In this document: positions 47,039 to 57,389 of the stretch, piece by piece | Numbering within the stretch: position 1 is the first letter of the stretch | How the letters are laid out: each line of letters starts with the position of its first letter | Origin: a bacterium BMS3Abin03 | GTDB lineage: Bacteria; Bacteroidota; Ignavibacteria; Ignavibacteriales; Ignavibacteriaceae | DNA length: 64,000 bases | Assembly: GCA_022340715.1 (NCBI GenBank) | Contig: JAJDNK010000061.1 | Span: 633 to 64,632 of the forward strand | Direction of reading: 5' to 3' | The notes under the pieces: model-generated | What the model saw: only the letters and a program-made list of their open reading frames with translations | Databases searched by the model: none | What the model was told of the DNA's origin: nothing | Made by a program: the position numbers and the translations under genes

Positions 47039-48355
47039 TTAAACATAGAAGATAAGTGTTATCAATGAAACAAAAACCAGAAGACCGAGTCCGATCGAAA
47101 CAAACTTCATAAACTCTTTTGACCCCCAGTAAAGTGATATTACAATCTTAACAATATTATTGGCCGCAGTAGCAATAATTATTGCTGCTACCGCTGTAGA
47201 AATATTAATTGAAACAGGTAAAAGATGAATAACAGAAAGAACAATTGCATCTACACTGGTTATACCGGCTATTGCACTTACACCATATAAAGCCTCGGTA
47301 CCGAGATATAACTGAGCGGCTTTACTTACAACTATTACAATACCGAATATCAACCCAAACAATAAAGCAAATCTTAGTTCAAGTGGATTTTTTAATTCAA
47401 ACACTTCATTGATTGGACTCGGTATTTTCTTTTTAAACAAATAACTGATCAACAGTCCGGTAATACCAAAAATAATTAGTGGCAGCCAGGCATGCATTGC
47501 AAGCTTTAATTCTAAGAATACAACTATGATGAAAATCCTTAGATACATAACTGAGGATGCAAGTAAAACACCGACAGCATAATTACCGGCAAGCATTTCA
47601 CTTTCTTTGCTCTTCTTTGACATAGAAAATGTAACCGCAGTACTTGAAACCATTCCACCTAAAAATCCTGTTAACCCAATGCCCTTGTCTTTTCCAACAT
47701 ATTTAACAAGAATATATCCAACAAAACCAATACCGCTTACAAATATCACCATAAGCCATATCGTTCTCGGATTAAAAATGTTTAAAGGATCGATTGTTTG
47801 ATTGGGAAGCAACGGCAATATAATAATTGTTATTATGGCAAGCTTCACAATAGCAAGAATATCTTCACTATTAATCTTACCTACAAATGAATGCAACTGA
47901 ATCTTCAATGAAAGAAACAATATTGTGAAAACTGCAATGGCTGCTGCTACTAAAATCATATTCCAGTAGACAAGAGAGCCAAGAATAAAAACAAGTAGCG
48001 CTGATGCTTCAGATGTGCCGCCAAGTCTTCCTTCTCTTGCAGATGAGATGTATGAAGTTGTAATCAATGCTGAATAACCTATAAAAATAATTCCATATAA
48101 CCATACATTTGTAATAGAAGCAACTAATGCTGCAGAGAAACCAAGCATAGAAAGTAAAGGATAGGTTCTTATACCAGCGAAAATTTTACTTGCTTTAGAT
48201 CGGGAGTGTTCACGTTCCAATCCAATTAATATCCCTATAAGAATTGCAATTATTAATTTCTGAATAATTATGAAAAATTCGTCCGGCCCCAATACCGATT
48301 GTGGTATGGGAAAGTTGAATTGAAATGATTTTGCGGAATCCTGAATTGGCGTCAT
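47039..48355 (-). CDS. MgtC/SapB-family plus DUF4010-type integral membrane protein
   Basis: 438 aa, polytopic. The N-terminal LIIAILIGILIGLEREHS matches the MgtC motif. Confidence 0.7.
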   Translation of the reverse strand: MTPIQDSAKSFQFNFPIPQSVLGPDEFFIIIQKLIIAILIGILIGLEREHSRSKASKIFAGIRTYPLLSMLGFSAALVASITNVWLYGIIFIGYSALITTSYISSAREGRLGGTSEASALLVFILGSLVYWNMILVAAAIAVFTILFLSLKIQLHSFVGKINSEDILAIVKLAIITIIILPLLPNQTIDPLNIFNPRTIWLMVIFVSGIGFVGYILVKYVGKDKGIGLTGFLGGMVSSTAVTFSMSKKSKESEMLAGNYAVGVLLASSVMYLRIFIIVVFLELKLAMHAWLPLIIFGITGLLISYLFKKKIPSPINEVFELKNPLELRFALLFGLIFGIVIVVSKAAQLYLGTEALYGVSAIAGITSVDAIVLSVIHLLPVSINISTAVAAIIIATAANNIVKIVISLYWGSKEFMKFVSIGLGLLVFVSLITLIFYV

Positions 48356-48542
48356 TTTTGCAATATTTTCCTATTTATTAAGAAGTTACCGGCACTGCGG
48401 GTATCCTAAAAATATTCTACAACAAAATATATAAGATTCCTGATTAAAACAGCAGATATAAGTCGCTTAATTAAAAATATTATTTCCAAGTTATAACTGC
48501 TAAAATATGGCAAATGATCTTAATTACCGATGAGTAAATCAA

Positions 48543-51500
48543 ATGGGTAAGAACAATACATACAAGTCGTTATTCGAAGAAGCAAACGAATCCCGGTTTA
48601 TTATTGAATTAAAATCTCTTTCATTGATTGACATAAATAGACAAGCAAGAAAGTTACTTGGAATCACCAAATCAAAAACAAAAAAATATTGTCTGCCTGA
48701 TTTTTTTCCCGAGGATAAAAGAAAAGTCTCAGTTACAAGGTTTAATAAAATAAAATGGAGGAAGACGGGAATTCTTGAAGACATTGAAATTCAAAATTTA
48801 AAAGGGGGGGGGGAAAATGTAGAAATAGAAACTGCAAAGATTAAAGTTGAAGATAAGATACTTGTTGAATGTAAAGTTAATGCTCATAATAATAATTCAC
48901 TGGTTATAAAACATAATGAAGTAAAATTTAAAACATTATTTGAATCAGCAAACGATGCAATACTGCTCTTGAACAACGACACATTAATAGATTGCAACGA
49001 AAAAACACTTGAAATTTTCGCCTGTTCACGTAATGAAATCTTAAATCAAAAACTTTATAAATTTTCTCCGCTCAACCAACCTGATGGAAATAATTCTAAA
49101 GAAATATTTCGGGAAAAAATAAAAGCTGCGCTGGATGATTTTCCGCAGTTTTTTGAATGGAGACATAAAAAAGCAGATGGGGCTCTGTTTGATACAGAAG
49201 TAAGTCTTAATCGAATTGTTCTTGAAAACCATGTGATGCTTCAGGCAATTATTCGTGACATAACTGATAAAAAGTTAAAAGAATCAACTATTCGTGAACA
49301 GAATAGAAGAATCAATACTTTGATGAGTAATCTGCCGGGAATGGCATACCGCTGTAAGTTAAACAGAAAATGGACTATGGAATTTGTAAGTGAAGGATGT
49401 CTTTCTCTAACCGGTTATAAACCGGAAGATTTTATTAATGATAATACAATAGCATATAATAACATTATTCATCCTGAAGACCGTGACAGGGTATGGATTG
49501 AAATTAACTACGCTACTGAAAGGAAGAGGCCTTTCACAATTTTATATAGGATATATACTCGTGACGGTTTTGAAAAGTGGTTGTGGGAAAAAGGAATAGG
49601 AATCTTTAATGATTCAGGTGAAATAATTGGATTGGAAGGATTCATATCCGATATAACCGACAGAAAACTATCCGAAGAAAAAATATCGATGCTTGCCCAT
49701 GCTTTGAAGAGCATAAGTGAATGCGTATGGATTATGGATATGAATGAAGTCATCATGTTTGTAAATAATTCATTTTGCAAGACTTATGGTTATGAACAGG
49801 ATGAAATAATCGGTAAAAAGATTTCCGTAATACGTTCACCAAATAATTCCATGCAATTGATAAATAAAGTTCGTTCTTTCACTTTAGAGGATGGCTGGAG
49901 TGGAGAACTATTAGACATTAAAAAATCTGGCCAAGAATTTCCTGTACTACTTTCGACCTCAATTATAAAGGATGACTCTGAGAAATCGATTGCATTAATT
50001 GGTATAACCAATGATATAACTGAAAGAAAAAGAGCTGAAGAGGCATTGAGGCAAAGCGAAGAAAGATTTAAATCTTTAGTTGATAATATGCTTGAACCTG
50101 CAATTATATTAAGCATGGATGGCTCAATTCTTTTTGCCAATAATAGTGCCGCTGACCTTGTAGAAATTCATTCTCCGGTTGAAGCAAGCGGAAAAGATAT
50201 TTTTGAATTTTTACATCCTGATTTCAACCTAAAATTAAAACGTTCTTTTATTAAGGCGAAAAAAAATCCCGACTTATTTTCTGCGGAGTTTAAAATAGTT
50301 ACATCGAAAAACAATGAAAAATGGATTGAAGGTTTAGGCAAAGAAATAATTTTTGACGGGAGGAAAGCAGTTCTCATAACTTTACATGATATTTCAGGAA
50401 GGAAAAAAGCCGAAGAACAATTGAAAGAGGCCAAAGAATATGCAGAAGAAATGAATAAATTAAAATCTGCATTTCTTGCTAATATGAGTCATGAGTTAAG
50501 AACTCCGCTTGTTGGAATACTAGGATATTCTGAAATGTTGCTTGAAAAATTAGAAGACCCGGACCAGGTTGATATGGTTGACAAGATTCTCTTCAGCGGT
50601 AATAGACTCATGGAAACTCTTAACTCTGTGCTCGATCTCTCAAGAATAGAAGCTAACCGAATTGATATATACCTGGAACCAATTAATGTTCCCGCAGTCG
50701 TTAAAAGACATACGGATATGTTTAAACCTACAGCAGAAAAAAGAGGACTTTATCTTCGCAAATTATTTTCTGATGAAAATATAACAGCACTTTTAGATGA
50801 AAGATTTCTCGGACAAATAATAAATAACCTTGTAAGCAACTCAATAAAATTTACTAAGAAGGGTGGAATTACCGTACGAGTTGATACTATCCAGGATAAA
50901 ATGGAGAAACTTGTACAGATATCTGTTTCTGATACAGGAATTGGAATACCACAAAAAAACCTGGATACAATCTTTGAAGAATTCAGACAGGTAAGTGAGG
51001 GTATCAACCGACACTTCGAAGGAACAGGTTTAGGTTTAACAATCACAAAAAGGTTTGTAAAACTAATGGAGGGAGAAATTAGTGTAAACAGTAAAGTAGG
51101 CACAGGATCCGAATTCGTGGTCACATTTGCAGCACTTGATGAATCAACAGACAAAATGAAACCGAAAGAAGAAGATATTAGCCGTCCTTTAGCCTCTCAG
51201 AGCGATTTTCTACAATTACCAGCAGCACGGCAAGTACTATTTGTCGAAGATGATCAATCAAGCAAAGATGTTACGCAATTATTTTTAGAAGGAATTTGTG
51301 ATTTAACATTTGCTAAAACAGGTGAAGAAGCCCTGGAAATAGTAAAACAAAAAAAATTTGATGCAATTTTAATGGATATTAACCTTGGTTCCGGAATCAG
51401 CGGAGTTGAAACAACTAAGCTTATCAGGAAAATGAAAGAGTATAAAAACATTCCTATTGTAGCAATAACAGCTTTTGCTATGCAGGGAGATAAAGACAAA

Positions 51501-51611
51501 TTCCTTAGTTGTGGCTGCTCCCATTACCTTTCAAAGCCTTACGATCGAAACTCGATTTCCAAATTGATGAAAGATATATTTGAAGGCCAATTAAGCAGAC
51601 ATAAAATATAA
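48543..51611 (+). CDS. Cytoplasmic hybrid sensor histidine kinase (multiple PAS, HisKA, HATPase_c, REC)
   Basis: 1022 aa with the H-box [13 protein letters not shown], the G-box FEGTGLGLTITKRF, and receiver LFVEDD...AILMDINLG...SKP. No TM segments are evident. Confidence 0.9.
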   Translation: MGKNNTYKSLFEEANESRFIIELKSLSLIDINRQARKLLGITKSKTKKYCLPDFFPEDKRKVSVTRFNKIKWRKTGILEDIEIQNLKGGGENVEIETAKIKVEDKILVECKVNAHNNNSLVIKHNEVKFKTLFESANDAILLLNNDTLIDCNEKTLEIFACSRNEILNQKLYKFSPLNQPDGNNSKEIFREKIKAALDDFPQFFEWRHKKADGALFDTEVSLNRIVLENHVMLQAIIRDITDKKLKESTIREQNRRINTLMSNLPGMAYRCKLNRKWTMEFVSEGCLSLTGYKPEDFINDNTIAYNNIIHPEDRDRVWIEINYATERKRPFTILYRIYTRDGFEKWLWEKGIGIFNDSGEIIGLEGFISDITDRKLSEEKISMLAHALKSISECVWIMDMNEVIMFVNNSFCKTYGYEQDEIIGKKISVIRSPNNSMQLINKVRSFTLEDGWSGELLDIKKSGQEFPVLLSTSIIKDDSEKSIALIGITNDITERKRAEEALRQSEERFKSLVDNMLEPAIILSMDGSILFANNSAADLVEIHSPVEASGKDIFEFLHPDFNLKLKRSFIKAKKNPDLFSAEFKIVTSKNNEKWIEGLGKEIIFDGRKAVLITLHDISGRKKAEEQLKEAKEYAEEMNKLKSAFLANMSHELRTPLVGILGYSEMLLEKLEDPDQVDMVDKILFSGNRLMETLNSVLDLSRIEANRIDIYLEPINVPAVVKRHTDMFKPTAEKRGLYLRKLFSDENITALLDERFLGQIINNLVSNSIKFTKKGGITVRVDTIQDKMEKLVQISVSDTGIGIPQKNLDTIFEEFRQVSEGINRHFEGTGLGLTITKRFVKLMEGEISVNSKVGTGSEFVVTFAALDESTDKMKPKEEDISRPLASQSDFLQLPAARQVLFVEDDQSSKDVTQLFLEGICDLTFAKTGEEALEIVKQKKFDAILMDINLGSGISGVETTKLIRKMKEYKNIPIVAITAFAMQGDKDKFLSCGCSHYLSKPYDRNSISKLMKDIFEGQLSRHKI
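48804..48813 (+). repeat. G10 homopolymer inside the kinase CDS (currently in frame, encodes GGG-E)
   Basis: AAAGGGGGGGGGGAAAAT; 10 consecutive G in an otherwise AT-rich sequence. Confidence 0.95.
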
Positions 51612-51827
51612 TTCTCTCTTTTTTTAATCACCGTTTATATCAATAAAAACAGACAAATTTTATCCGACTTCTTTGCTATTTTAAAGTTATTTGAGGAAAA
51701 AATTGCAGCTTTTTAGCCATTTTTACAATTAATAGTCGCAATTAATCTATTGTAACCATTTAATTGCTGGCATAGAATTTATTGATTATTTGCATTTAAT
51801 AAGCCTTAGGGAAGTATATTCTAAAAA

Positions 51828-54707
51828 ATGAAACTCTTTAATCCTTCGAAATCTGAAACACAAGTACTCGAAGAAAAAAATATGCATAATTGGGACAACA
51901 TTAGCGAATTGGAATATACAATTCAGCTTTCCGCAAGATCATTTGAATGGCTTTCTAATAATCTGGGAGTTTGTTTTTTCAAAACCAGAATTGACGGGAC
52001 TCTCCTATATGCAAATGAGTATGCCGCCAGGACATTTGAATTCAAATCCAGGGACGGTTTTTATAACAAAAGCACTATTTCCTTCTATAAGAATAAGACA
52101 GACAGACAGAAGTTCATTGAGTTACTAAAAGAGAACTCTGAAATACAATGCTTTGAAACAGAGTTCATAACGAAATCCGGTAAAGTAAGAGCTATGCAGG
52201 TTAGTGCTATTCTGAATGGTGATATTATAACAGGTATGGCTGTCGATAAAACTGACAATAAAATTGCCAAGGATAGAATTGAAGATTCGTTATCGCTTTT
52301 ACGTTCAACTTTAGACTCTACTGCGGATGGTATATTGGTAGTCGACAAAGGTGGAATGGTAAAAAACTTTAATCAGAATTTTATTAATATGTGGAGAATC
52401 CCGTTATCTATTACTGAAACACGGGATGATGAGAAATTACTAAGGTTTGTTTTAGATCAGCTAAAAAATCCCGAAGAATTTCTTAAAAAAGTTAAGCACC
52501 TGTATGCAAATGCGGAAAAAGAAAGTTTTGATGTCCTTGAATTTAAGGATGGAAGAGTTTTTGAGCGTTATTCATGTCCTCAAAGAATCGAAGATAAAAT
52601 CATTGGGAGAGTGTGGAGTTTTAGAGATGTAACAGAACAAAAAGCTATAAAAAGAGAACTTATTGACAATGTATTGAAATATAAAACTCTCTTTGAAACT
52701 GCAAATGATGCAATCTTCTTAATGGATGGAGAGAAATTTATAGATTGTAATACAAAAACCCTCGAAATGTTTGGCTGTAAACGGGGAGAAATTATAAACC
52801 ATACTCCTTTTAAATTTTCTCCGCTGAAACAACCTGACGAAAACAATTCAGCAGAAAAAGGAGCCGAGTATATTAAAAAAGCCATTGAAGGTGAACCGCA
52901 ATTCTTTGAATGGAAACATTGCAGATTAGATGGAACCTTATTCGACGCCGAAGTCAGTCTAAATAGATTTGAACTTCACGGAGAAGTATTGATACAGGCT
53001 ATAGTAAGGGATATTTCCGATAGAAAACGTTACGACTTTCTGCGCGAAGCAGTATATAAAATTTCTCAGGCTGCAAACTCTTCCAGAGATTTAAATCAGC
53101 TTTATTCTAAAATTCACAAAATTATTAGTGGATTTATTAATGCAAAAAATTTCTATATCGCTTTATACAACAAGGAAGAAAACTTATTAAGTTTTCCTTA
53201 TTTCGTGGATAAATATGATGAAGCTCCTTCTCCCAAAAAACCAGGTAAAGGATTAACTGAGTACGTTATTCGATCAGAGGAACCTGTTCTGGTAAATCCT
53301 GAAGTATTCGAGACACTTGTAGAAGAAGGTGAAGTTGAAAGAATTCTAACTGATTCAATAGACTGGCTTGGTGTGCCTTTAAAAGTCAGAGGTGAAACAA
53401 TCGGTGCTTTGGTTGTTCAAACCTATACTGAAAACGAACGATACACTGAAACAGATAAAGAATTTTTGAGTTTTGTTTCAGATCAAACTGCAATGGCAAT
53501 TGCACGCGCCAGATATGATGAAGAGCTCATTGAGGCAAAAAACAAAGCCGAGGAAATGAATCGTTTAAAAACGAATTTTCTTGCTAATATGAGTCATGAA
53601 CTTAGAACGCCGATGGTTGGTATAATGGGCTACACAGAAATATTAAAAAGAGAAATTACGAACCCGGAACTTAAGGAAATGTCATCCGAAATTTATGACA
53701 GTGCAAACAGGCTATTAGGTACATTAAACCTGATTCTCGATCTTTCAAAGATTGAAGCTGATAAATCTGAGATACATAGAGAAATAATTAATGTTGGAGA
53801 CGTAACGGTAAGCCAGATTAAAACATTTGAAGAGCTGGCAAAAAAGAAAAACTTATATATCAGAACTGTTATCGCAGATAAAAATATTTATTCCTTGTTG
53901 GATGAACGAATATTCAGGCAGATTGTTAACAACCTTATAAGTAATGCTATCAAATTCACTCAAAAAGGCGGCATTACAGTTGAAATTGACAAAAAAATAG
54001 TAAGCAACACTGAAAACGTAATACTAAAAGTAACTGATACTGGTATCGGCATTCCGGAAAACAGTCTCGATCTGATTTTTGAAGAATTCAGACAGGTTAG
54101 TGAAGGCTTTGATCGTGGTTTTGAAGGTAGTGGTTTAGGACTTAGTATTACTAAAAAATTTATCTCTCTTATGAATGGAAAAATTTCTGTTGAAAGCAAA
54201 GTAGGTAACGGTTCGGTATTTACTATTTGTTTCCCGGGAGATGGAAAAAATGAAATGTCAGATAAACCGACAACACTTTCAAATAAGGATGAAAATAATT
54301 TGGAAGAGCAAGAAACAAAAAAATCTAAAGATCTACCAGATGTTTTATTAGTAGAAGACGATTACTCAAATGCAGGAGTGATTGAATATTTACTTGAAGG
54401 AATTTGCAACCTGGAAACAGTAATAAGTGGTGAAGAAGCAATCGAGAAAGCTGCAAATAAACAGTATAATGCAATACTAATGGATATTGCTCTCGGCAGA
54501 GGTATGAGTGGACTTGAAGCTGCTAAAAGAATAAGAAAAATAGATAGATACAAAGATTTACCGATAGTTGCAGTTACTGCACTGGCAATGAAAGGTCAGA
54601 GAGAATTATTTCTTTCGGAAGGTTGTTCACATTATATTTCAAAACCGTTTGACAAAAATTCTTTTTTGAATTTAGTCACAAGCATTCTACCTAAAAAAAA
54701 CAGCTAA
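51828..54707 (+). CDS. Cytoplasmic hybrid sensor histidine kinase (PAS x3, GAF, HisKA, HATPase_c, REC); paralog of the upstream kinase
   Basis: 959 aa with the H-box [13 protein letters not shown], the G-box [14 protein letters not shown], receiver LLVEDD...AILMDIALG...SKP, and a GAF-like block ([19 protein letters not shown]). Confidence 0.9.
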   Translation: MKLFNPSKSETQVLEEKNMHNWDNISELEYTIQLSARSFEWLSNNLGVCFFKTRIDGTLLYANEYAARTFEFKSRDGFYNKSTISFYKNKTDRQKFIELLKENSEIQCFETEFITKSGKVRAMQVSAILNGDIITGMAVDKTDNKIAKDRIEDSLSLLRSTLDSTADGILVVDKGGMVKNFNQNFINMWRIPLSITETRDDEKLLRFVLDQLKNPEEFLKKVKHLYANAEKESFDVLEFKDGRVFERYSCPQRIEDKIIGRVWSFRDVTEQKAIKRELIDNVLKYKTLFETANDAIFLMDGEKFIDCNTKTLEMFGCKRGEIINHTPFKFSPLKQPDENNSAEKGAEYIKKAIEGEPQFFEWKHCRLDGTLFDAEVSLNRFELHGEVLIQAIVRDISDRKRYDFLREAVYKISQAANSSRDLNQLYSKIHKIISGFINAKNFYIALYNKEENLLSFPYFVDKYDEAPSPKKPGKGLTEYVIRSEEPVLVNPEVFETLVEEGEVERILTDSIDWLGVPLKVRGETIGALVVQTYTENERYTETDKEFLSFVSDQTAMAIARARYDEELIEAKNKAEEMNRLKTNFLANMSHELRTPMVGIMGYTEILKREITNPELKEMSSEIYDSANRLLGTLNLILDLSKIEADKSEIHREIINVGDVTVSQIKTFEELAKKKNLYIRTVIADKNIYSLLDERIFRQIVNNLISNAIKFTQKGGITVEIDKKIVSNTENVILKVTDTGIGIPENSLDLIFEEFRQVSEGFDRGFEGSGLGLSITKKFISLMNGKISVESKVGNGSVFTICFPGDGKNEMSDKPTTLSNKDENNLEEQETKKSKDLPDVLLVEDDYSNAGVIEYLLEGICNLETVISGEEAIEKAANKQYNAILMDIALGRGMSGLEAAKRIRKIDRYKDLPIVAVTALAMKGQRELFLSEGCSHYISKPFDKNSFLNLVTSILPKKNS

Positions 54708-54736
54708 AAATCAGTTTCTATATCCGGAACGATTGC

Positions 54737-56101
54737 TTATTTCACATAAACAGTTTTAATATTTAAAAATTCCCTTATACCAAATACTGAAAGTTCCCTT
54801 CCATAACCCGATTGTTTAACACCGCCGAATGGCAATCTTGGATCAGATTTTACAAATGAATTTATAAAACAGGAACCGGCATTCAATTTTTTCTTTGCAA
54901 TCTCTTCTGCTTTACTAACGTCCCGACTGAATATTGCCGCACCTAATCCGAATATTGAATCGTTAGCAGTTTCTATTGCTTCTTTTTCATTCTTTACTTT
55001 AATTAATGCAGCAACAGGTCCGAATAATTCTTCATCGTAAGCCGGCATTCCTTTCTTAACACATGATAAAACTGTAGCTGGATAAAATGCACCTTTCATT
55101 TTCGGTAGTTCACCGCCAATTAGTAAATTTGCTCCTCTTTCAATACTATTTAAAACCTGCTGATGTAATTCATTCCTAAGTGAAACACTTGCTTGCGGAC
55201 CTAATAAGTTTTCCTTTATTAATGGATCGCCCATCTTTACTTTCTTCATCTTTTCAACAAATAATTTTTCAAACTCAGCATAAACAGATTCGACAATAAT
55301 AAACCGTTTTGCCGCAATACAGCTTTGCCCACCATTAATTAATCGCGAAGTAACACAAGTTGAAGAGGCCTCTTCAAGATCAGCATCTTCAAGAATAACA
55401 TAAGGATCGCTTCCACCTAATTCCAATACTGTTTTTTTTAATTCAGATCCGGCTTTTGTAGCCACAGCTTTCCCTGCAGGAACACTACCTGTAAGTGTAA
55501 CTGCTTTTACTAGCGAATGTTCAATTACAAATTCCATTTGAGACGATTTTACTAGTATAGTTCTGAACAGGTTTTCCGGAAACCTGGCTTCTTTAAAAAC
55601 TTCTTCAATTGCTAAAGCACATCCCGAAACATTGGAGGAATGTTTAAGAATACCTGCATTGCCTGCCATTAAACCTGGAGCAGCAAAACGAAAAACCTGC
55701 CAGAACGGAAAGTTCCATGGCATCACAGCCAGCACTACTCCAAGCGGCCGATAAGAAATATAACTCTTAGAAGCATCTGTTTCTATTAACTCATCACTTA
55801 AAAATCGTTCTGCATTTTCACTATAGTAATCACACACCCAGGCACATTTTTCTACTTCAGCAATGGATTGTTCTATCGGCTTTCCCATTTCCAGGGTCAT
55901 TATTTCGCCGAATTCATCTTTCTTTTTTCTTAAAACATTTCCTGCTTTTTTCATTAAGGCAGATCGTTCTTTGAATTCAACCTTTTGCCAGGAAAGAAAT
56001 GCTTTATCAGCACTTTCAATTATATTTTCGATTTCTTGGCGGGAATGTTCCGGGTAAGTTTTAATTACTTCTTCTGTGTAAGGGTTGATAGATTGCAGCA
56101 T
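54737..56101 (-). CDS. NAD(P)-dependent aldehyde dehydrogenase, succinate-semialdehyde dehydrogenase-like
   Basis: 454 aa with VLELGGSDP (catalytic Glu), GGQSCIAAKRF (catalytic Cys) and PFGGVKQSGYGRE. Confidence 0.85.
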   Translation of the reverse strand: MLQSINPYTEEVIKTYPEHSRQEIENIIESADKAFLSWQKVEFKERSALMKKAGNVLRKKKDEFGEIMTLEMGKPIEQSIAEVEKCAWVCDYYSENAERFLSDELIETDASKSYISYRPLGVVLAVMPWNFPFWQVFRFAAPGLMAGNAGILKHSSNVSGCALAIEEVFKEARFPENLFRTILVKSSQMEFVIEHSLVKAVTLTGSVPAGKAVATKAGSELKKTVLELGGSDPYVILEDADLEEASSTCVTSRLINGGQSCIAAKRFIIVESVYAEFEKLFVEKMKKVKMGDPLIKENLLGPQASVSLRNELHQQVLNSIERGANLLIGGELPKMKGAFYPATVLSCVKKGMPAYDEELFGPVAALIKVKNEKEAIETANDSIFGLGAAIFSRDVSKAEEIAKKKLNAGSCFINSFVKSDPRLPFGGVKQSGYGRELSVFGIREFLNIKTVYVK

Positions 56102-56132
56102 AAGTTTAACCCTTCTTTTAAATAATAAAAAA

Positions 56133-57371
56133 TTATTTTGATGTTCGCTTTTTAATAACTACAAGTGTCTTGTCGTCACTGTAACTACCATTTTTAGAAT
56201 ATTTAATAACATCTTCAAGTATTGTCAAGACGATTTCTTTTGATGATAACTTAGAAACTTCTTTTAATTTATTAAGCAATCTTTCATCTCCATAAGGTTC
56301 AAATTCAGAATCTGCAGTTTCGGTAACTCCATCAGAAAATAATAAAAGTATATCACAGTTTGAAAAATTAATACTGTCGATATAATAATTCGCATTTGGA
56401 GCCGGACCCAGCAACGGCCCGGTAGTTTCCAGCAATGAAACTTCATTGTTTGCAGCTTTATAAAATAATGGTGGATTATGCCCGGCATTTGCATACAAAA
56501 ATAATCCGCTTTGCTGTAATGAAAGTTCTCCATAAAACAAAGAAGCAAACTTATCATCTTCAAAAATCTTGTGAACAAGTTCGTTCATTCTTCTCATAAG
56601 AGGCACAATCTTTATTTCAAAACTACTCGCCATTCTCAGAGCGCCTGAAATGTACATTGCCTCCGCTGCCGCACCGACGCCTTTACTTGCAGCATCACCA
56701 ATAGCTATACCAAGACGTTCATTTTCTTTGCCCGCTTCAATGTAATCAAAAAAATCCCCGCCAACTATTTCAGCAGGTTTTGTAACACCATATATTTCAT
56801 AATCTCCGAATTGAATCTCGTGTTCGGGCAATATACTTTTTTGCAGCTTACGTGCTTCATCAAGATTTGCCTTAAGATGTGACGCACTTTTAGAATAACG
56901 CCATTCTTTTATTTGAGAAGTAAGGGAGGTTGCAATTATGTTGAGCGCAAGTCTTAAATTTTCATCTATATTTTCGCTGTTAAGAGCTAAGATATATTCA
57001 TAGTATCGTTTATTATCTATTTTTTTCTTCGAGCCCACACCTGAAGCTGAATACCGGAATATCCCTTTCTCTCTCAACACTTCGTTGGTTTCATTGCCTA
57101 AAATTGTTCTCTCCTGAACAAGATGGCTGAAAATTGGATTCTCTTCAACTTTTAATTCAAATGCCGCATTCAGCTTTTCAAAATTTCCTGTTTGGTAAAG
57201 AATTTTGTATGATTTTTCCTCTTCATTCAAACGCCAGATTCTACCGCCGGTAATTTTTATATCCTCATTTTCAACAATTTGATCTATTACTTTGATGAGC
57301 AGTTCTTTTTCTGTTGAAAACTCTCGTGAGGCAATAGTTTCTACAAGCTTATGTAATTTTTTTTGATCCAA
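56133..57371 (-). CDS. SpoIIE/RsbU-family PP2C serine phosphatase with an N-terminal sensor (GAF-like) region
   Basis: 412 aa with VGGDFFDY, GIAIGDASKGVGAA-type and LLLFSDGVTE motifs of the SpoIIE phosphatase domain. The N-terminal domain assignment is tentative. Confidence 0.82.
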   Translation of the reverse strand: MDQKKLHKLVETIASREFSTEKELLIKVIDQIVENEDIKITGGRIWRLNEEEKSYKILYQTGNFEKLNAAFELKVEENPIFSHLVQERTILGNETNEVLREKGIFRYSASGVGSKKKIDNKRYYEYILALNSENIDENLRLALNIIATSLTSQIKEWRYSKSASHLKANLDEARKLQKSILPEHEIQFGDYEIYGVTKPAEIVGGDFFDYIEAGKENERLGIAIGDAASKGVGAAAEAMYISGALRMASSFEIKIVPLMRRMNELVHKIFEDDKFASLFYGELSLQQSGLFLYANAGHNPPLFYKAANNEVSLLETTGPLLGPAPNANYYIDSINFSNCDILLLFSDGVTETADSEFEPYGDERLLNKLKEVSKLSSKEIVLTILEDVIKYSKNGSYSDDKTLVVIKKRTSK

Positions 57372-57389
57372 GTTTTTTCCGTTAAAAAA

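Noticed and set aside
48539-54553. A series of minus-strand ORFs antisense to the two histidine kinase genes (for example 49790-50140, 50750-51154, 52580-52885)
   Set aside because: Their S/F/L/I-rich translations mirror the codon bias of the sense strand. The sense ORFs carry complete H-box, G-box and receiver motifs.
56264-56578. 104-aa minus-strand ORF in another frame inside the SpoIIE phosphatase gene
   Set aside because: It is an overlapping alternative frame with no SD, and the main frame carries the phosphatase motifs.
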